Origin: Trueperaceae bacterium
GTDB taxonomy: Bacteria > Deinococcota > Deinococci > Deinococcales > Trueperaceae
Direction: 5' to 3'
NCBI GenBank assembly: GCA_035703635.1
Contig: DASSXV010000004.1
Location: forward strand, 1-64,000
Length of the DNA stretch: 64,000 nucleotides
This document shows, in pieces, positions 8,419-18,089 of this stretch (position 1 is its first letter; each line of letters opens with the position of its first letter). The translations under genes and the position numbers were made by a program. The notes beneath the pieces were generated by a model. The model did no database searches and had not been told where the DNA came from. It saw nothing but the letters and a program-made list of their open reading frames with translations.

Positions 8419-9102
8419 ATGCTCGACACATTCGAACAACTCGATACGCCGAGCGCCTGCCAGGCATCCGAGATCGTTCCCTCGGGCTTAGCGTTACCAA
8501 CACGTACTCTCGAACCGGGTCAGGTGCTGTACGAAGCCGACCGCGAGGCGAGCAGCCTCTACGTCGTCAATCAGGGCGTTCTCAAAGCGGTAGTGCCAAC
8601 TAGTCTTGGGCGCGACCGCATCGCTGATCTCTACGGCCCAGGTGACGTCTTGGGTCTCTCCGCGCTAGACGGCGGTAACCACGCCGAAACCGTGGTCGCG
8701 GTGCATGACGCATGCCTCACGCCCATCGACCCGCAGCAGGCCATGAACGACCGCGGCCTCCGCGATTACGTCCTGCGCAGCCTCGCAAGGCAGTTGAGGC
8801 GCAGTCGCGAGATGCTCGACGAGGCCGAAATGCCTGTAGGTGCCCGCGTTACGCGCGCGTTCCTGCGGTTGGCGAAGCAGTTCGGGTTACCGGCTGACGA
8901 TCAGCAGGGAGGCATCAAGCTGCCGCTCGCGCTCACTCACGAGGACCTCGCCGACCTCACCGGCTCCAGCCGCGTGACCATCACCCGCATCCTCGGTGAG
9001 CTGCGCAACGACGGCGCCCTCTCCGGCACCCGCGGGGTGTACGTCGCGGACCTCGCGGGCCTCGAGCGCGCCACCGACCACTACGTCATGCAAGTCCTCT
9101 AA
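8419..9102 (+). CDS. Crp/Fnr family transcriptional regulator
   Basis: cNMP-like beta-barrel (LYVVNQG, GPGDVLG) and HTH LTHEDLADLTGSSRVTITRIL. RBS GAAAGGA before ATG 8419. Confidence 0.92.
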   Translation: MLDTFEQLDTPSACQASEIVPSGLALPTRTLEPGQVLYEADREASSLYVVNQGVLKAVVPTSLGRDRIADLYGPGDVLGLSALDGGNHAETVVAVHDACLTPIDPQQAMNDRGLRDYVLRSLARQLRRSREMLDEAEMPVGARVTRAFLRLAKQFGLPADDQQGGIKLPLALTHEDLADLTGSSRVTITRILGELRNDGALSGTRGVYVADLAGLERATDHYVMQVL

Positions 9103-9116
9103 CTGAGAGCGTCCCA

Positions 9117-9176
9117 GCCGCCCCTAGCTGCCCAGCCACTACGTTACGTGTAGTGGATGCCGCTAGGGGCGGTTTC
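9117..9176 (+). terminator. Long hairpin, probable terminator after the Crp gene
   Basis: GCCGCCCCTAGC (9117-9128) pairs with GCTAGGGGCGGT (9162-9173), with an inner CCACTAC/GTAGTGG stem and a short T tail. Confidence 0.6.
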
Positions 9177-9198
9177 ATTGGGTTAGGCTTGAGGCCTC

Positions 9199-9783
9199 AT
9201 GTTGACCTTCACCGAAATCGCCAAAGAGCGCGTCCACCACTTCATCGAGGCGCAACGCAGCCAAGGCGTAGGGGCCCTGCGCATTGCAGGTAACCGGGCT
9301 GAACAGCGCCTCTGGCTCGTGAAGGGCGAAGACAAACGCCCAGACGACCAAGTCATCAGCGTAGACGGGTTCGAGGTCTACCTTGACCCGCTCAGCGCGG
9401 GCAACCTGGAGGGCGCCACCGTCGATTTCGTCGAGGGAGTCATGCAGTCAGGCTTCCGCGTCTACTACCCGAGCCCGACCTGGGACGACCCCCTCGCTCA
9501 GCGCGTACAAGAAGTGATCGACCGCCAGATCAACCCAGGCGTTGCGGGCCACGGCGGCAACGTAACCCTTGAGGGTGTGGAGAACGGCGTCGCCATCATC
9601 CGCTTCGGGGGTGGCTGCCACGGCTGCGGAGCGGCCGACCTCACCCTCAAGCAGGGCATCGACCGCATCCTCAAGGAGAACGTGCCAGAGATCGTCGGCG
9701 TGCAAGACGCCACCGATCACGAGACGGGCACGAACCCCTACTACGAGCGCGAAACGCAACGGGCGGAATCACCACTGACCTGA
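9199..9783 (+). CDS. nfuA: Fe-S cluster biogenesis protein NfuA
   Basis: Degenerate A-type carrier N-domain plus a NifU-C domain INPGVAGHGG..GGGCHGC..TLKQGI. Confidence 0.9.
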   Translation: MLTFTEIAKERVHHFIEAQRSQGVGALRIAGNRAEQRLWLVKGEDKRPDDQVISVDGFEVYLDPLSAGNLEGATVDFVEGVMQSGFRVYYPSPTWDDPLAQRVQEVIDRQINPGVAGHGGNVTLEGVENGVAIIRFGGGCHGCGAADLTLKQGIDRILKENVPEIVGVQDATDHETGTNPYYERETQRAESPLT

Positions 9784-9799
9784 CCGGAGTGTTATGGGG

Positions 9800-9834
9800 A
9801 GAGGCGCCGTCCAGGACGGCGCCTCTTGTTGTTT
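9800..9834 (+). terminator. Rho-independent terminator
   Basis: 12-bp stem AGAGGCGCCGTC/GACGGCGCCTCT followed by TGTTGTTT. Confidence 0.8.
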
Positions 9835-9870
9835 CGCGAGGGTCGCCCGCTGGTGTGATAGCTTACCTGA

Positions 9871-11421
9871 GTGCGGTCGCCGGTTGACAAGCCGGGCGCC
9901 CGTTCCGTCCCCCTGTTAAGCGTTCGCGGCCTAACCAAGCGTTTCCCTGGCGTTACCGCGAACGAAGCCGTGAGCCTCGACCTAAACCCAGGCGAGGTAC
10001 ACGCCCTGTTGGGGGAGAACGGTGCCGGCAAGACCACTCTCATAAGCATGCTCTACGGGTTGCTGCAGCCCGATGAGGGCGCCATATACCTGGATGGCAA
10101 CCCCACCACGGTTCGCGACCCGAAGCACGCCATGGACTTGGGCATCGGCCTCGTGGCGCAGCACTTCCACCTCGCCAAACGCCACAGCGTCGCCGAGAAC
10201 CTCGCATTAGGGCTTGGCGGCACGCCGTTCTGGCGCCCGCTGCGTCACCTACGCGGACGCGCGGCGGAGTACGCCGCTCGCTACGGCCTCGAAGTGCGCA
10301 TGGACGCGTTAGTTGGTGACCTCGCACCGGGAGAGCAGCAGCGCGTCGAGATCCTCAAGGCCCTCCTCCAAGGCGCCAGGCTCCTGATCCTCGACGAACC
10401 GACTAGCGTGCTAACACCGCAAGAATCTGACGCCCTCTTCCAGGTGATAGACCGTATGCGCGAAGGTGGGCGCGGCATCCTCCTCATCAGCCACAAGCTC
10501 GACGAGGTGCGCCGCGCGGCCGACCGCATCACCGTTCTGAGGGGCGGCAAAGTCGTGGGGCGGCGCGTCAGGGGAGAGGTGGACGCTGCTGAACTCGCGC
10601 GGCTCATGGTCGGCGCCGGAACGGCAACCCCGCAAAGGCTCGGCATCGCGCCCGTAGGCGAACCGCTGCTGCGCGTGGAGGACGTGTGGCTGCGCGCTGC
10701 ACGCGGTTCCGCGCTGCGCGGCGTCAACCTCGAAGTGCGGCCTGGCGAAGTGCTCGGCGTGGCGGGGGTCGCTGGCAACGGCCAGAGCGAACTCGCGCAG
10801 GTGGTGACCGGCCTCGCGCGACCGGACCGCGGCCAAGTGCTGCTTGGAGGCGTGAATCTCGGGCGCATGTCACCGCGGGAGGCGCGCAGGCTAGGCGTCG
10901 CATACATCCCGGAGGACCGCCGCACGGAAGGCGTCGTCGGCGCCATGACCGTCACGGAGAACCTAGTCTTGCGCCAAGTGCGTGACCCCGAGTTCGCACG
11001 CGGTCCGCTGATCGATTGGCGTAGGGCAGAGGCGTTCGCGGTTGAGGCAGTCAAGCGCTTCGACATCCGCACCCCGTCGCTAAGCACCCTCGCACGCTCG
11101 CTTTCAGGCGGGAACGTCCAGAAGATCGTGCTCGCCAGAGAGCTAGCCGGTGAGCCGCGCCTGGTCGTCGCCGCGCACCCTACTTACGGCCTCGACGTCG
11201 GCAGCGCCGCCCACACGCACGAACGCCTCCTCGCTCAACGTGAGCGCGGGGCGGCGGTACTGCTCATCAGCGAGGACCTCGAGGAGCTGCGCCTCCTCTC
11301 CGACCGCATCGCCGTCATGTTCAACGGCCGCATAGTTGGCGTGCTTGACGCGCAGGAGGCCGGCGGGCCAACGGGTCGCGCGCGCCTTGGCCTCTGGATG
11401 GCAGGGAGCGTGGAAGCGTGA
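9871..11421 (+). CDS. Nucleoside/sugar (CUT2) ABC ATP-binding protein with two NBDs
   Basis: GENGAGKT, LDEPT, ISHKLDEV, GVAGNGQ, LSGGNVQK and ISEDLEEL. Confidence 0.95.
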   Translation: MRSPVDKPGARSVPLLSVRGLTKRFPGVTANEAVSLDLNPGEVHALLGENGAGKTTLISMLYGLLQPDEGAIYLDGNPTTVRDPKHAMDLGIGLVAQHFHLAKRHSVAENLALGLGGTPFWRPLRHLRGRAAEYAARYGLEVRMDALVGDLAPGEQQRVEILKALLQGARLLILDEPTSVLTPQESDALFQVIDRMREGGRGILLISHKLDEVRRAADRITVLRGGKVVGRRVRGEVDAAELARLMVGAGTATPQRLGIAPVGEPLLRVEDVWLRAARGSALRGVNLEVRPGEVLGVAGVAGNGQSELAQVVTGLARPDRGQVLLGGVNLGRMSPREARRLGVAYIPEDRRTEGVVGAMTVTENLVLRQVRDPEFARGPLIDWRRAEAFAVEAVKRFDIRTPSLSTLARSLSGGNVQKIVLARELAGEPRLVVAAHPTYGLDVGSAAHTHERLLAQRERGAAVLLISEDLEELRLLSDRIAVMFNGRIVGVLDAQEAGGPTGRARLGLWMAGSVEA

Positions 11422-12551
11422 TGCGCATCCGCTGGGTGAAACGCAGCAGTACGCCGCCGCTCCTGCCGCTACTGGTCAGCGGCGGGTCGTTCCTCCTCGC
11501 GCTTGGCGCGGCCCTGGTCGCGTTCGCGGCTTACGGCCTCAACCCGCTCGAGGCCGGCGCCATCGTCATCGAACGCACCCTCATCGGCACCCGCAACCTT
11601 GGCGAGGTCGTCAGGCGCACCATCCCCCTCCTGCTGGCAGGCGCGGGGCTCGTGTTGGCGCTGCGCGCCAGGTTCTGGAACATCGGCGCCGAGGGGCAGA
11701 TCCTCGCCGGGGCAGTGGCGGCGAGCGGCGTCGCTCTCTTCGTGCCAAACCTTGGCGCGTTCACCATCCCGGCCATCTATCTGGCTGGCTTCGTCGGCGC
11801 AGCGCTCTACGGCCTCATACCGGCGTTCCTCAAGGCGCGCCTCGGCGTGAACGAGATCATCACGACCCTCATGTTCAACTACGTCGCGCTCTACGTCGTG
11901 AGGTGGCTGATCAACGGGCCGTGGCGCGGCAAGTCCGTCACTGGCTTCAGCTACTCGGACCGCTTCGCCCGCGAGACCTACTTACCCATGGTGGACGGCA
12001 CGCGCGTGCACATCCCGACGCTCGTCATCGGCATCGTGCTTGCCGTTGGCGTTTCGCTACTACTGCGTTACACGCGCCTCGGCTTCTCCATCAGGCTCAT
12101 GGGAGAGGCCCCAGCGGCCGCGCGCTACGCGGGCGTCAGGCTCCTCCCCACTACGCTCGCGCTCGCCGCGCTAGCAGCCGGCGCGGCCGGCTTGGCCGGG
12201 GCGGGGGAAGTGGCCGGCATCCACCACCGGTTGATCGAGCCGTCAAGCATCTCGATGGGTTATGGCTACACGGCCATCCTCGTCGCGCTCCTCGCACGCG
12301 GTCGCGCCTGGGCCACGCTCATAACCGCGCCGCTACTCGGTTGGGTCCTGGCGGCTGGTGACGTGATGAAAGTCAGCCTGCAGCTCCCGTTCCAACTCAC
12401 GGACGTGTTCACCGGCTTCACGCTGCTGCTGCTAGTGGCCGCGGAGCCGCTCCTCACTCACCGCCCAGTGCTCGTAAGGCCCCAACCGCGGCCCGCCGCG
12501 GCGCACAGCGCGGTTGCCCCGAGCGCGGAAGAGCGCAGAGAGGGCGCATAA
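11418..12551 (+). CDS. Nucleoside ABC permease
   Basis: WNIGAEGQ, VNEIITTLMFNYVA and GYGYTAILVALL. Confidence 0.93.
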   Translation: MMRIRWVKRSSTPPLLPLLVSGGSFLLALGAALVAFAAYGLNPLEAGAIVIERTLIGTRNLGEVVRRTIPLLLAGAGLVLALRARFWNIGAEGQILAGAVAASGVALFVPNLGAFTIPAIYLAGFVGAALYGLIPAFLKARLGVNEIITTLMFNYVALYVVRWLINGPWRGKSVTGFSYSDRFARETYLPMVDGTRVHIPTLVIGIVLAVGVSLLLRYTRLGFSIRLMGEAPAAARYAGVRLLPTTLALAALAAGAAGLAGAGEVAGIHHRLIEPSSISMGYGYTAILVALLARGRAWATLITAPLLGWVLAAGDVMKVSLQLPFQLTDVFTGFTLLLLVAAEPLLTHRPVLVRPQPRPAAAHSAVAPSAEERREGA

Positions 12552-13481
12552 GTGGAACTAGAACTCTTGACCACCACTTTGGCGCGCGCGCTGGCATTCG
12601 GCACCCCGCTACTGCTCGCGGCGCTCGGCGAGATAGTCGCCGAACGCGCCGGGGTCGTGAACCTTGGGGTCGAGGGCATGATGATGCTCGGCGCCGTCGC
12701 CGGCTTCGTCGTTGCCGCAACCACCGGCTCGTTGCCGCTCGCCATCCTGGCGGCCGTGCTGATCGGGGCGTTGGTCGCTAGTTTGCACGCGGTGATAGCT
12801 GTCGTGCTTCTCGCCAACCAGTTCATCAGCGGCCTGGCGCTCACGGTCGGCGGTGTCGGCCTTGCGAACCTGATCGGCAAGGCGTGGGTTGGCAAGCCCC
12901 TTGCGGCGCCCATGGCCCTCGTCGACGTGCCGCTGTTGGCAGACGTCCCGCTACTTGGCCCCGCGTTCTTCAAAGGGCAGTACCCGCTCACCTACGCGGC
13001 GTTGATCCTCGCTGGCGTCATCTGGCTCGTGCTCTTCCGGACGCGCCTAGGCCTCACCCTGCGCACCGCTGGCGAGTCGCCTGCCGCGGCAGACACGGCC
13101 GGCATCGACGTGCGCCTTGTGCGCTTCCTCGCGGTCGTTTTCGGGGGCGGTCTAGCGGGCCTTGGTGGCGCCTACTTGGCGCTCGCCTACCGACCCGCTT
13201 GGGGTGAGAACATCAGTAACGGCATGGGCTGGATCGCGCTTGGGCTCACCATCCTCGCCCTCTGGCACCCGCTCAAGGCCGTGCCTGCCGCGCTCCTGTT
13301 CGGTGCTTTCTTCACCCTCTCCTTCAGGCTGCAGAACGTCCTGCCGCCCGAACTCCTCACCTTGCTGCCCTACTTGGTCACGGTACTAGCGCTAACCCTC
13401 ATCGCCTGGCGCGGTGGGCGTGGCGCCGTCGGCGCTCCAGAGGCCCTCGGGACGCCGTACCGCCGTGGGGAGCGCGAATGA
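12552..13481 (+). CDS. Nucleoside ABC permease
   Basis: ERAGVVNLGVEGMM, GESPAAADTAGI and GWIAL..PEALG.PY. Confidence 0.93.
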   Translation: MELELLTTTLARALAFGTPLLLAALGEIVAERAGVVNLGVEGMMMLGAVAGFVVAATTGSLPLAILAAVLIGALVASLHAVIAVVLLANQFISGLALTVGGVGLANLIGKAWVGKPLAAPMALVDVPLLADVPLLGPAFFKGQYPLTYAALILAGVIWLVLFRTRLGLTLRTAGESPAAADTAGIDVRLVRFLAVVFGGGLAGLGGAYLALAYRPAWGENISNGMGWIALGLTILALWHPLKAVPAALLFGAFFTLSFRLQNVLPPELLTLLPYLVTVLALTLIAWRGGRGAVGAPEALGTPYRRGERE

Positions 13482-13606
13482 TTGGCCATACCCGCGGACG
13501 ACCGGTCTGCGGTGGGCGAGGCAGGCCAAGCGCCTGCCTTGGATCGTACGGCGCGTCGTTACCGGGTATCGAGAGACCCGGCCGGCGCGACCACGGAGGT
13601 CTCAGA

Positions 13607-14764
13607 ATGCGTTTCACCCGTCACATCGCCGTCCTGGCACTCCTCACCCTGTTCGGCGGCGCCACGGCCCAGATCGCCGAGAGCGACATCAAGGCCTGTT
13701 GGCTCTACGTCGGCCCCGTTGGCGATTACGGCTTCTCGTACGCCCAAGACCTTGGCAGGCTCGTAACGGTCGCGGACCTGCCAGGCATCAGCACCGCCTA
13801 CGTCGAGTCAGTGGCGGAAGCAGACGTGGAAGCCACCGTCGACCAACTCGTTGCGGACGGCTGCAACGTCATCTTCGGTACCTCGTTCGGGTTCGGCGAC
13901 GGCCTCCTCGCAGCGGCAGAGCGCTACCCGGACGTCATCTTCGGCCACGCGACCGGCGTCGAACGCGCCCCGAACCTCCTCACGTACATGGCCGACTTCT
14001 ACCAGGTCTATTACATCAACGGCCTCATAGCCGGCGCGCTGAGCGAGAGCGGAAAAGTCGGCTACATCGGCGCGTTCCCCATCCCGGAAGTGAAGCGTCA
14101 CATCAACGCATTCGCGCTCGGCGTCGCCGCCGTCAACCCAGAAGCCACCGTCATGGTCCGCTGGCTTTACAACTGGTTCGACCCGGCAGGCGCCAAGGAA
14201 GCTACGGAAGCGCTCATCGCCGACGGCGCAGACGTCTTCGCCTTCACAGAAGACACCCCGACCGTTGCCCAAACCGCTGCGCAGCGCGGCTTCCCGAGCT
14301 TCTCGCACTACGCTTCGATGCTGCCGTACGCACCCGAAACCATCGCTTCCGGCCAGCTCGTGCACTGGGGCGCACTGACCACCGACATCCTCGAGCACGT
14401 CATCGACGGCAGCTATCGGGCGGACAACCTAGCTGACGTCGACTACTTCTGGCTGCTGGCCGAGGGCGCGGTCGAAGTCGGCGCCGAGCCTGGCATGGTC
14501 GTCAACCCTACGTACGTGGACGCCCTCAAGGCCAAGACGGTCACGACGCCCGACCTCGGCGCCGTGTCCGTTTACGACCTCGTCATGCAGCGCATCGAGC
14601 AGATGTCGGCCACGCCGGTAGCGTTCGAGCCGTTCACGGGGCCACTGACTGACCGCCTCGGCAACGTCCAGTACGAGGCCGGCGACTCTGCCACCGTGCT
14701 CGAGCTCCTCGGCATGCAGTGGGCGGCCAGCAACGTCGAGGGCCCATGGGAGGGCGAGCGCTGA
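13607..14764 (+). CDS. BMP family (purine nucleoside) ABC substrate-binding protein
   Basis: RBS GGAGGT before ATG 13607 and a signal peptide ending ATA-Q. Motifs YVGPVGDYGFSY, GTSFGF, PIPEV.RHINAF and WFDP. Confidence 0.92.
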   Translation: MRFTRHIAVLALLTLFGGATAQIAESDIKACWLYVGPVGDYGFSYAQDLGRLVTVADLPGISTAYVESVAEADVEATVDQLVADGCNVIFGTSFGFGDGLLAAAERYPDVIFGHATGVERAPNLLTYMADFYQVYYINGLIAGALSESGKVGYIGAFPIPEVKRHINAFALGVAAVNPEATVMVRWLYNWFDPAGAKEATEALIADGADVFAFTEDTPTVAQTAAQRGFPSFSHYASMLPYAPETIASGQLVHWGALTTDILEHVIDGSYRADNLADVDYFWLLAEGAVEVGAEPGMVVNPTYVDALKAKTVTTPDLGAVSVYDLVMQRIEQMSATPVAFEPFTGPLTDRLGNVQYEAGDSATVLELLGMQWAASNVEGPWEGER

Positions 14765-14811
14765 ACAGCGCACGCGGTTGCGGGCCCGCCGCGGGCCTAA
14801 GCTAAAGCTAA

Positions 14812-14857
14812 GAATCGGCGGGAGGCCCACGTTCAGGCGTGGGCCTCCCGCCGATTC
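14812..14857. terminator. Hairpin between convergent genes, probably a bidirectional terminator
   Basis: Perfect 20-bp stem GAATCGGCGGGAGGCCCACG/CGTGGGCCTCCCGCCGATTC with a 6-nt loop. Confidence 0.8.
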
Positions 14858-15140
14858 AGAAGGCCCGCTTGAAGGGGTACACCTCGTACTTCACCCACAC
14901 GCCACCCTTGGTGTATGGGTCGTTCTCTACGTAGGCTCGGGCCTCCGCCTCGTCGGCCGCCTCGATCACGACGGCGGAGCCGATCATGGCGCCAGCGTCG
15001 TTGAGCAAGGCGCCGCCGAAGGGCAAGAGCCCCTGCTCGTTGCGCGGCTTGGCTTCCGCGAGGTGTGAAGGTCGCGCCGCAGCGCGCCGCGCTTGGGCGC
15101 CCTCATCCGTGCCGTCGAAAGCCACTATCAGGTAGAGCAT
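14856..15140 (-). CDS. YciI family protein
   Basis: 94 aa with D..RAAARPSHL, GGALL..GS and DPY..GVW. RBS GGAGG. Confidence 0.9.
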   Translation of the reverse strand: MLYLIVAFDGTDEGAQARRAAARPSHLAEAKPRNEQGLLPFGGALLNDAGAMIGSAVVIEAADEAEARAYVENDPYTKGGVWVKYEVYPFKRAF

Positions 15141-15330
15141 GCCATTGCCTCCGTGCTGAGCCCGCCGCGACCATCTTCGCTGGGGGAGGGCCGCTGCCCA
15201 CGTGAGCCGCGGGCTCGCTTGGTGGAGGTTACCGCGTGACGGGCTTGGCCCTCTGCGGCCGCACTCTCACGCGGCAGACTCGGGAGCGTCAGGAGGGCTG
15301 TCCTGCTGGGACTTCGTGAAGGTGGTGGCC

Positions 15331-15359
15331 TTTACCGCTTCTGGGCACTCTGTTACACT
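15331..15359 (+). promoter_or_regulatory. Promoter of the peptide ABC operon
   Basis: TTTACC-N17-TACACT with an upstream TG (TGtTACACT). Confidence 0.55.
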
Positions 15360-15492
15360 TCGCCAACTTCATCCGTTCGGTTGAACGCCTGACCAGGCCA
15401 CGCGCGTCACGATAGCAGCAGGGCCTTGGGGAGGGCGCGCACACCGTCGGACGCGGCGCCCGTGTCAGACGGGTGCTCGGGAGGAGAGAGCA

Positions 15493-17058
15493 GTGCGTCT
15501 ACGTCGTATCTCGCTAATGGCACTTAGTGCCTTAATCATCTGGGGCAGTGCGGCGGCGGCCGGCACTCTCAATTACCCGGTGGACGCCGACCCTGAACAC
15601 CTCGACGCCTGGCGCTCGACGACCACGGCCACTCGGCGGGTGCTCGTCAACGTCTACGAGGGCCTCACGACCTTCGCTGGCGACAGCGGCGAGGTCATCC
15701 CCGCACTCGCGGAGTCGTGGGACATCAGCGCTGACGGCCTCACCTACACCTTCCACCTGCGCCACGGCGTCAACTTCCAGGAAGCGGAGGGCGTGACTTA
15801 CGCCGACCGCGAGATGAAGGCAGACGACGTCGAGTGGTCCCTCCTGCGTTACCTCACCGAGGACACCGCCATCTCCGAGCACCCCGAGTACCTGCAGGCG
15901 CTAAGTGGCTCGGCGGCCTTCCTGGCTGGCGAGACGGACACCGTGGCTGGCTTCAAGGTCGTCGACGACTACACCGTCGAGATGACGCTCGATGCCCCCA
16001 ACCACCGCTTCCTCGCGGACCTCGTCAACGCCTACGTCGTGCCGCGCGAGGCGCTCGACGCCCTAGGTTCCTCGCTCAGCAACAAGCCCGTCGGCACGGG
16101 GCCGTTCCTCTTCGAGCGCTGGACTCGTGACGACCAGCTCGTGCTCAAGGCCAACCCCGACTACTGGGAGGGCGCGCCTAGCCTCGACGGCGTTGTGTTC
16201 TACAACGTGCCTGACGCCACCACCGGCATGTTGCAGTACCGCCAAGGCGAACTCGACCTGCTACTCGCTTTCCCAGAGGGCCAGCTCGAGTCGATCAAGC
16301 AGGAGTACTCCGCCGACTACCACGAGGCCGCAGGCCTCAACGTGCGGTACTGGGGCTTCAAGATGACGGAGCCGCCGTTCAAGGACAACGTCAAGTTGCG
16401 CCAGGCGTTCAACTACGCCGTCGACCGCGACCTCATCTGGAACGTGCTCATGGAAGGCGCCCGCGTGCCAGGCGACCTCGGCGTTCTCCCGCCAGACATG
16501 CCAGCGGCCAACGTGGCTGGCTACCCGTACGACCCCGAGCTTGCCAAAGCCGCGCTCGCCGAGGCGGGCTACCCTGGCGGCGTCGGCCTGGAGCCCATCA
16601 CCCTCTACTACTTCGCTTCCGACTCGGACGCTCCGCACGTCGCGCTGCAGGACATGCTCGCCCAGATCGGCGTGAGCATCATCTTGCAGAAGGAAGACAA
16701 CAGCACCTACTGGACCCACGTCGGTGAACCAGACGTGACCTTCTTCCTCTCCGGCTGGAGCGCCGACTTCGCCGACCCAAGCGAGGTCCTCGACTTCCTC
16801 TTCGCGCATGGCCGCGACGACACCAAGTACGACAACCTGGAAGTGGACGCCCTCCTCGACCAGGCCCGCGCCACGAGCGACCCTGACGCCCGCAACGCCA
16901 TCTACCTCAAGGCGCACGAGCTGATCATGGCGGACGCCCCGTGGATCGTCTCTGGTTACTCGAAGATCTCGTACCTGCTGAAGCCGAACATCACGGACTT
17001 CCAGGTCTCTGCGGCAGGCACCTACCGCACGCCGCTGAAGTACGTCAAGAAGCAGTAA
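15493..17058 (+). CDS. Peptide/nickel ABC substrate-binding protein (family 5)
   Basis: Signal peptide, VYEGL, PALAESW.ISADGLTYTFHLR, GTGPF and RQAFNYAVDR. Confidence 0.95.
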   Translation: MRLRRISLMALSALIIWGSAAAAGTLNYPVDADPEHLDAWRSTTTATRRVLVNVYEGLTTFAGDSGEVIPALAESWDISADGLTYTFHLRHGVNFQEAEGVTYADREMKADDVEWSLLRYLTEDTAISEHPEYLQALSGSAAFLAGETDTVAGFKVVDDYTVEMTLDAPNHRFLADLVNAYVVPREALDALGSSLSNKPVGTGPFLFERWTRDDQLVLKANPDYWEGAPSLDGVVFYNVPDATTGMLQYRQGELDLLLAFPEGQLESIKQEYSADYHEAAGLNVRYWGFKMTEPPFKDNVKLRQAFNYAVDRDLIWNVLMEGARVPGDLGVLPPDMPAANVAGYPYDPELAKAALAEAGYPGGVGLEPITLYYFASDSDAPHVALQDMLAQIGVSIILQKEDNSTYWTHVGEPDVTFFLSGWSADFADPSEVLDFLFAHGRDDTKYDNLEVDALLDQARATSDPDARNAIYLKAHELIMADAPWIVSGYSKISYLLKPNITDFQVSAAGTYRTPLKYVKKQ

Positions 17059-17069
17059 GTAGGTTGTTC

Positions 17070-17100
17070 GGCCGCCCCCGCGCTTGGCGCAGGGGCGGCC
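17070..17100 (+). terminator. Intercistronic hairpin after the binding-protein gene
   Basis: GGCCGCCCC-c-GCGC-ttg-GCGC-a-GGGGCGGCC. Confidence 0.6.
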
Positions 17101-17144
17101 ATTATCTTGCGCCTAGCCAGCTAGCTTGAGAGGACTCGGCCCAC

Positions 17145-18089
17145 TTGTTCCAGTACGTTCTGCGCCGCGCACTCTGGGCCATCCCTACTCTCCTCGGCGT
17201 CTTCACCATCATCTTCCTGTTGACCTATCTGATGCCTGGCGACCCCGTGAGGGCCGTCATGGGCGAGCAGTACAAGCGCGCTGATCCTGCCACCATCGAG
17301 CGCGTGCGGACCTCACTAGGCCTCAACGATCCCTGGTACACGCAGTACGGCCGCTTCCTCCTCCGCACCGCTACAGGCGACTTGGGCAAGAGCTACGTGC
17401 TGGACGAGCAAGTCATCGACATCATCGGCTACCGCTTCCCGCGCACGTTGCAGCTCATGTCCGCCGCCCTGCTAGTCGCCATCCTCATCGGCATCCCGTC
17501 TGGGATCCTGGCGGCGCGCTACCAGTACTCGTGGATCGATCACACCCTCATGCTGGTCGCGTTGCTTGGCGTAGCCATGCCCGTCTTCTGGCAGGCTGTG
17601 CTCGCCAAGATCTTCCTCACGCAGGACACGTACGGCGTGGCGCTGTTCCCCGTCGCGGGTTACGGCGGCGGGAACATCTACTACCTCATCCTGCCCTCCC
17701 TCGTGTTGGGCACGCACCTCTCGGCGACCATCGCGCGCGTCATGCGCTCGTCACTCCTCGAGGAGCGCCGCAAGGACTACTCGCGCACGGCCCGCGCGAA
17801 GGGCTTCACCGAGTCGAGCGTCATCTTCAAGCACGAGTTGCGCAACGCCCTCATCCCCGTAGTGACCATCATCGGCCTAGACGTCGGTTATCTGCTCGGT
17901 GGTTCGGTGGTGACTGAGACGGTCTTCAATTGGCCAGGGCTTGGGCGCGCGGTGGTCACCGCCATCTCGCGCCGTGACGCTCCCGTGATCATCGGGACCC
18001 TCGTGTTCGGTGCGCTCCTGTTTGTGGCGGTCAACATCGTGATCGACATCCTGTACGGCATCATCAACCCGCAGATCAGGTACGCATGA
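17145..18089 (+). CDS. Peptide ABC permease (DppB/OppB type)
   Basis: PGDP, DY.RTARAKG and ETVFNWPGLG. TTG start with RBS GAGAGGA. Confidence 0.95.
   Translation: MFQYVLRRALWAIPTLLGVFTIIFLLTYLMPGDPVRAVMGEQYKRADPATIERVRTSLGLNDPWYTQYGRFLLRTATGDLGKSYVLDEQVIDIIGYRFPRTLQLMSAALLVAILIGIPSGILAARYQYSWIDHTLMLVALLGVAMPVFWQAVLAKIFLTQDTYGVALFPVAGYGGGNIYYLILPSLVLGTHLSATIARVMRSSLLEERRKDYSRTARAKGFTESSVIFKHELRNALIPVVTIIGLDVGYLLGGSVVTETVFNWPGLGRAVVTAISRRDAPVIIGTLVFGALLFVAVNIVIDILYGIINPQIRYA

Noticed and set aside
8419-9102. Calling the regulator FNR because it is next to nfuA
   Set aside because: It lacks the N-terminal Cys cluster needed for a [4Fe-4S] sensor.
13566-13580. ATCGAGAG resembling the SAM-I riboswitch 5' strand
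   Set aside because: The downstream GCAACC and GUGC core elements are absent, and the motif is just a hairpin loop.
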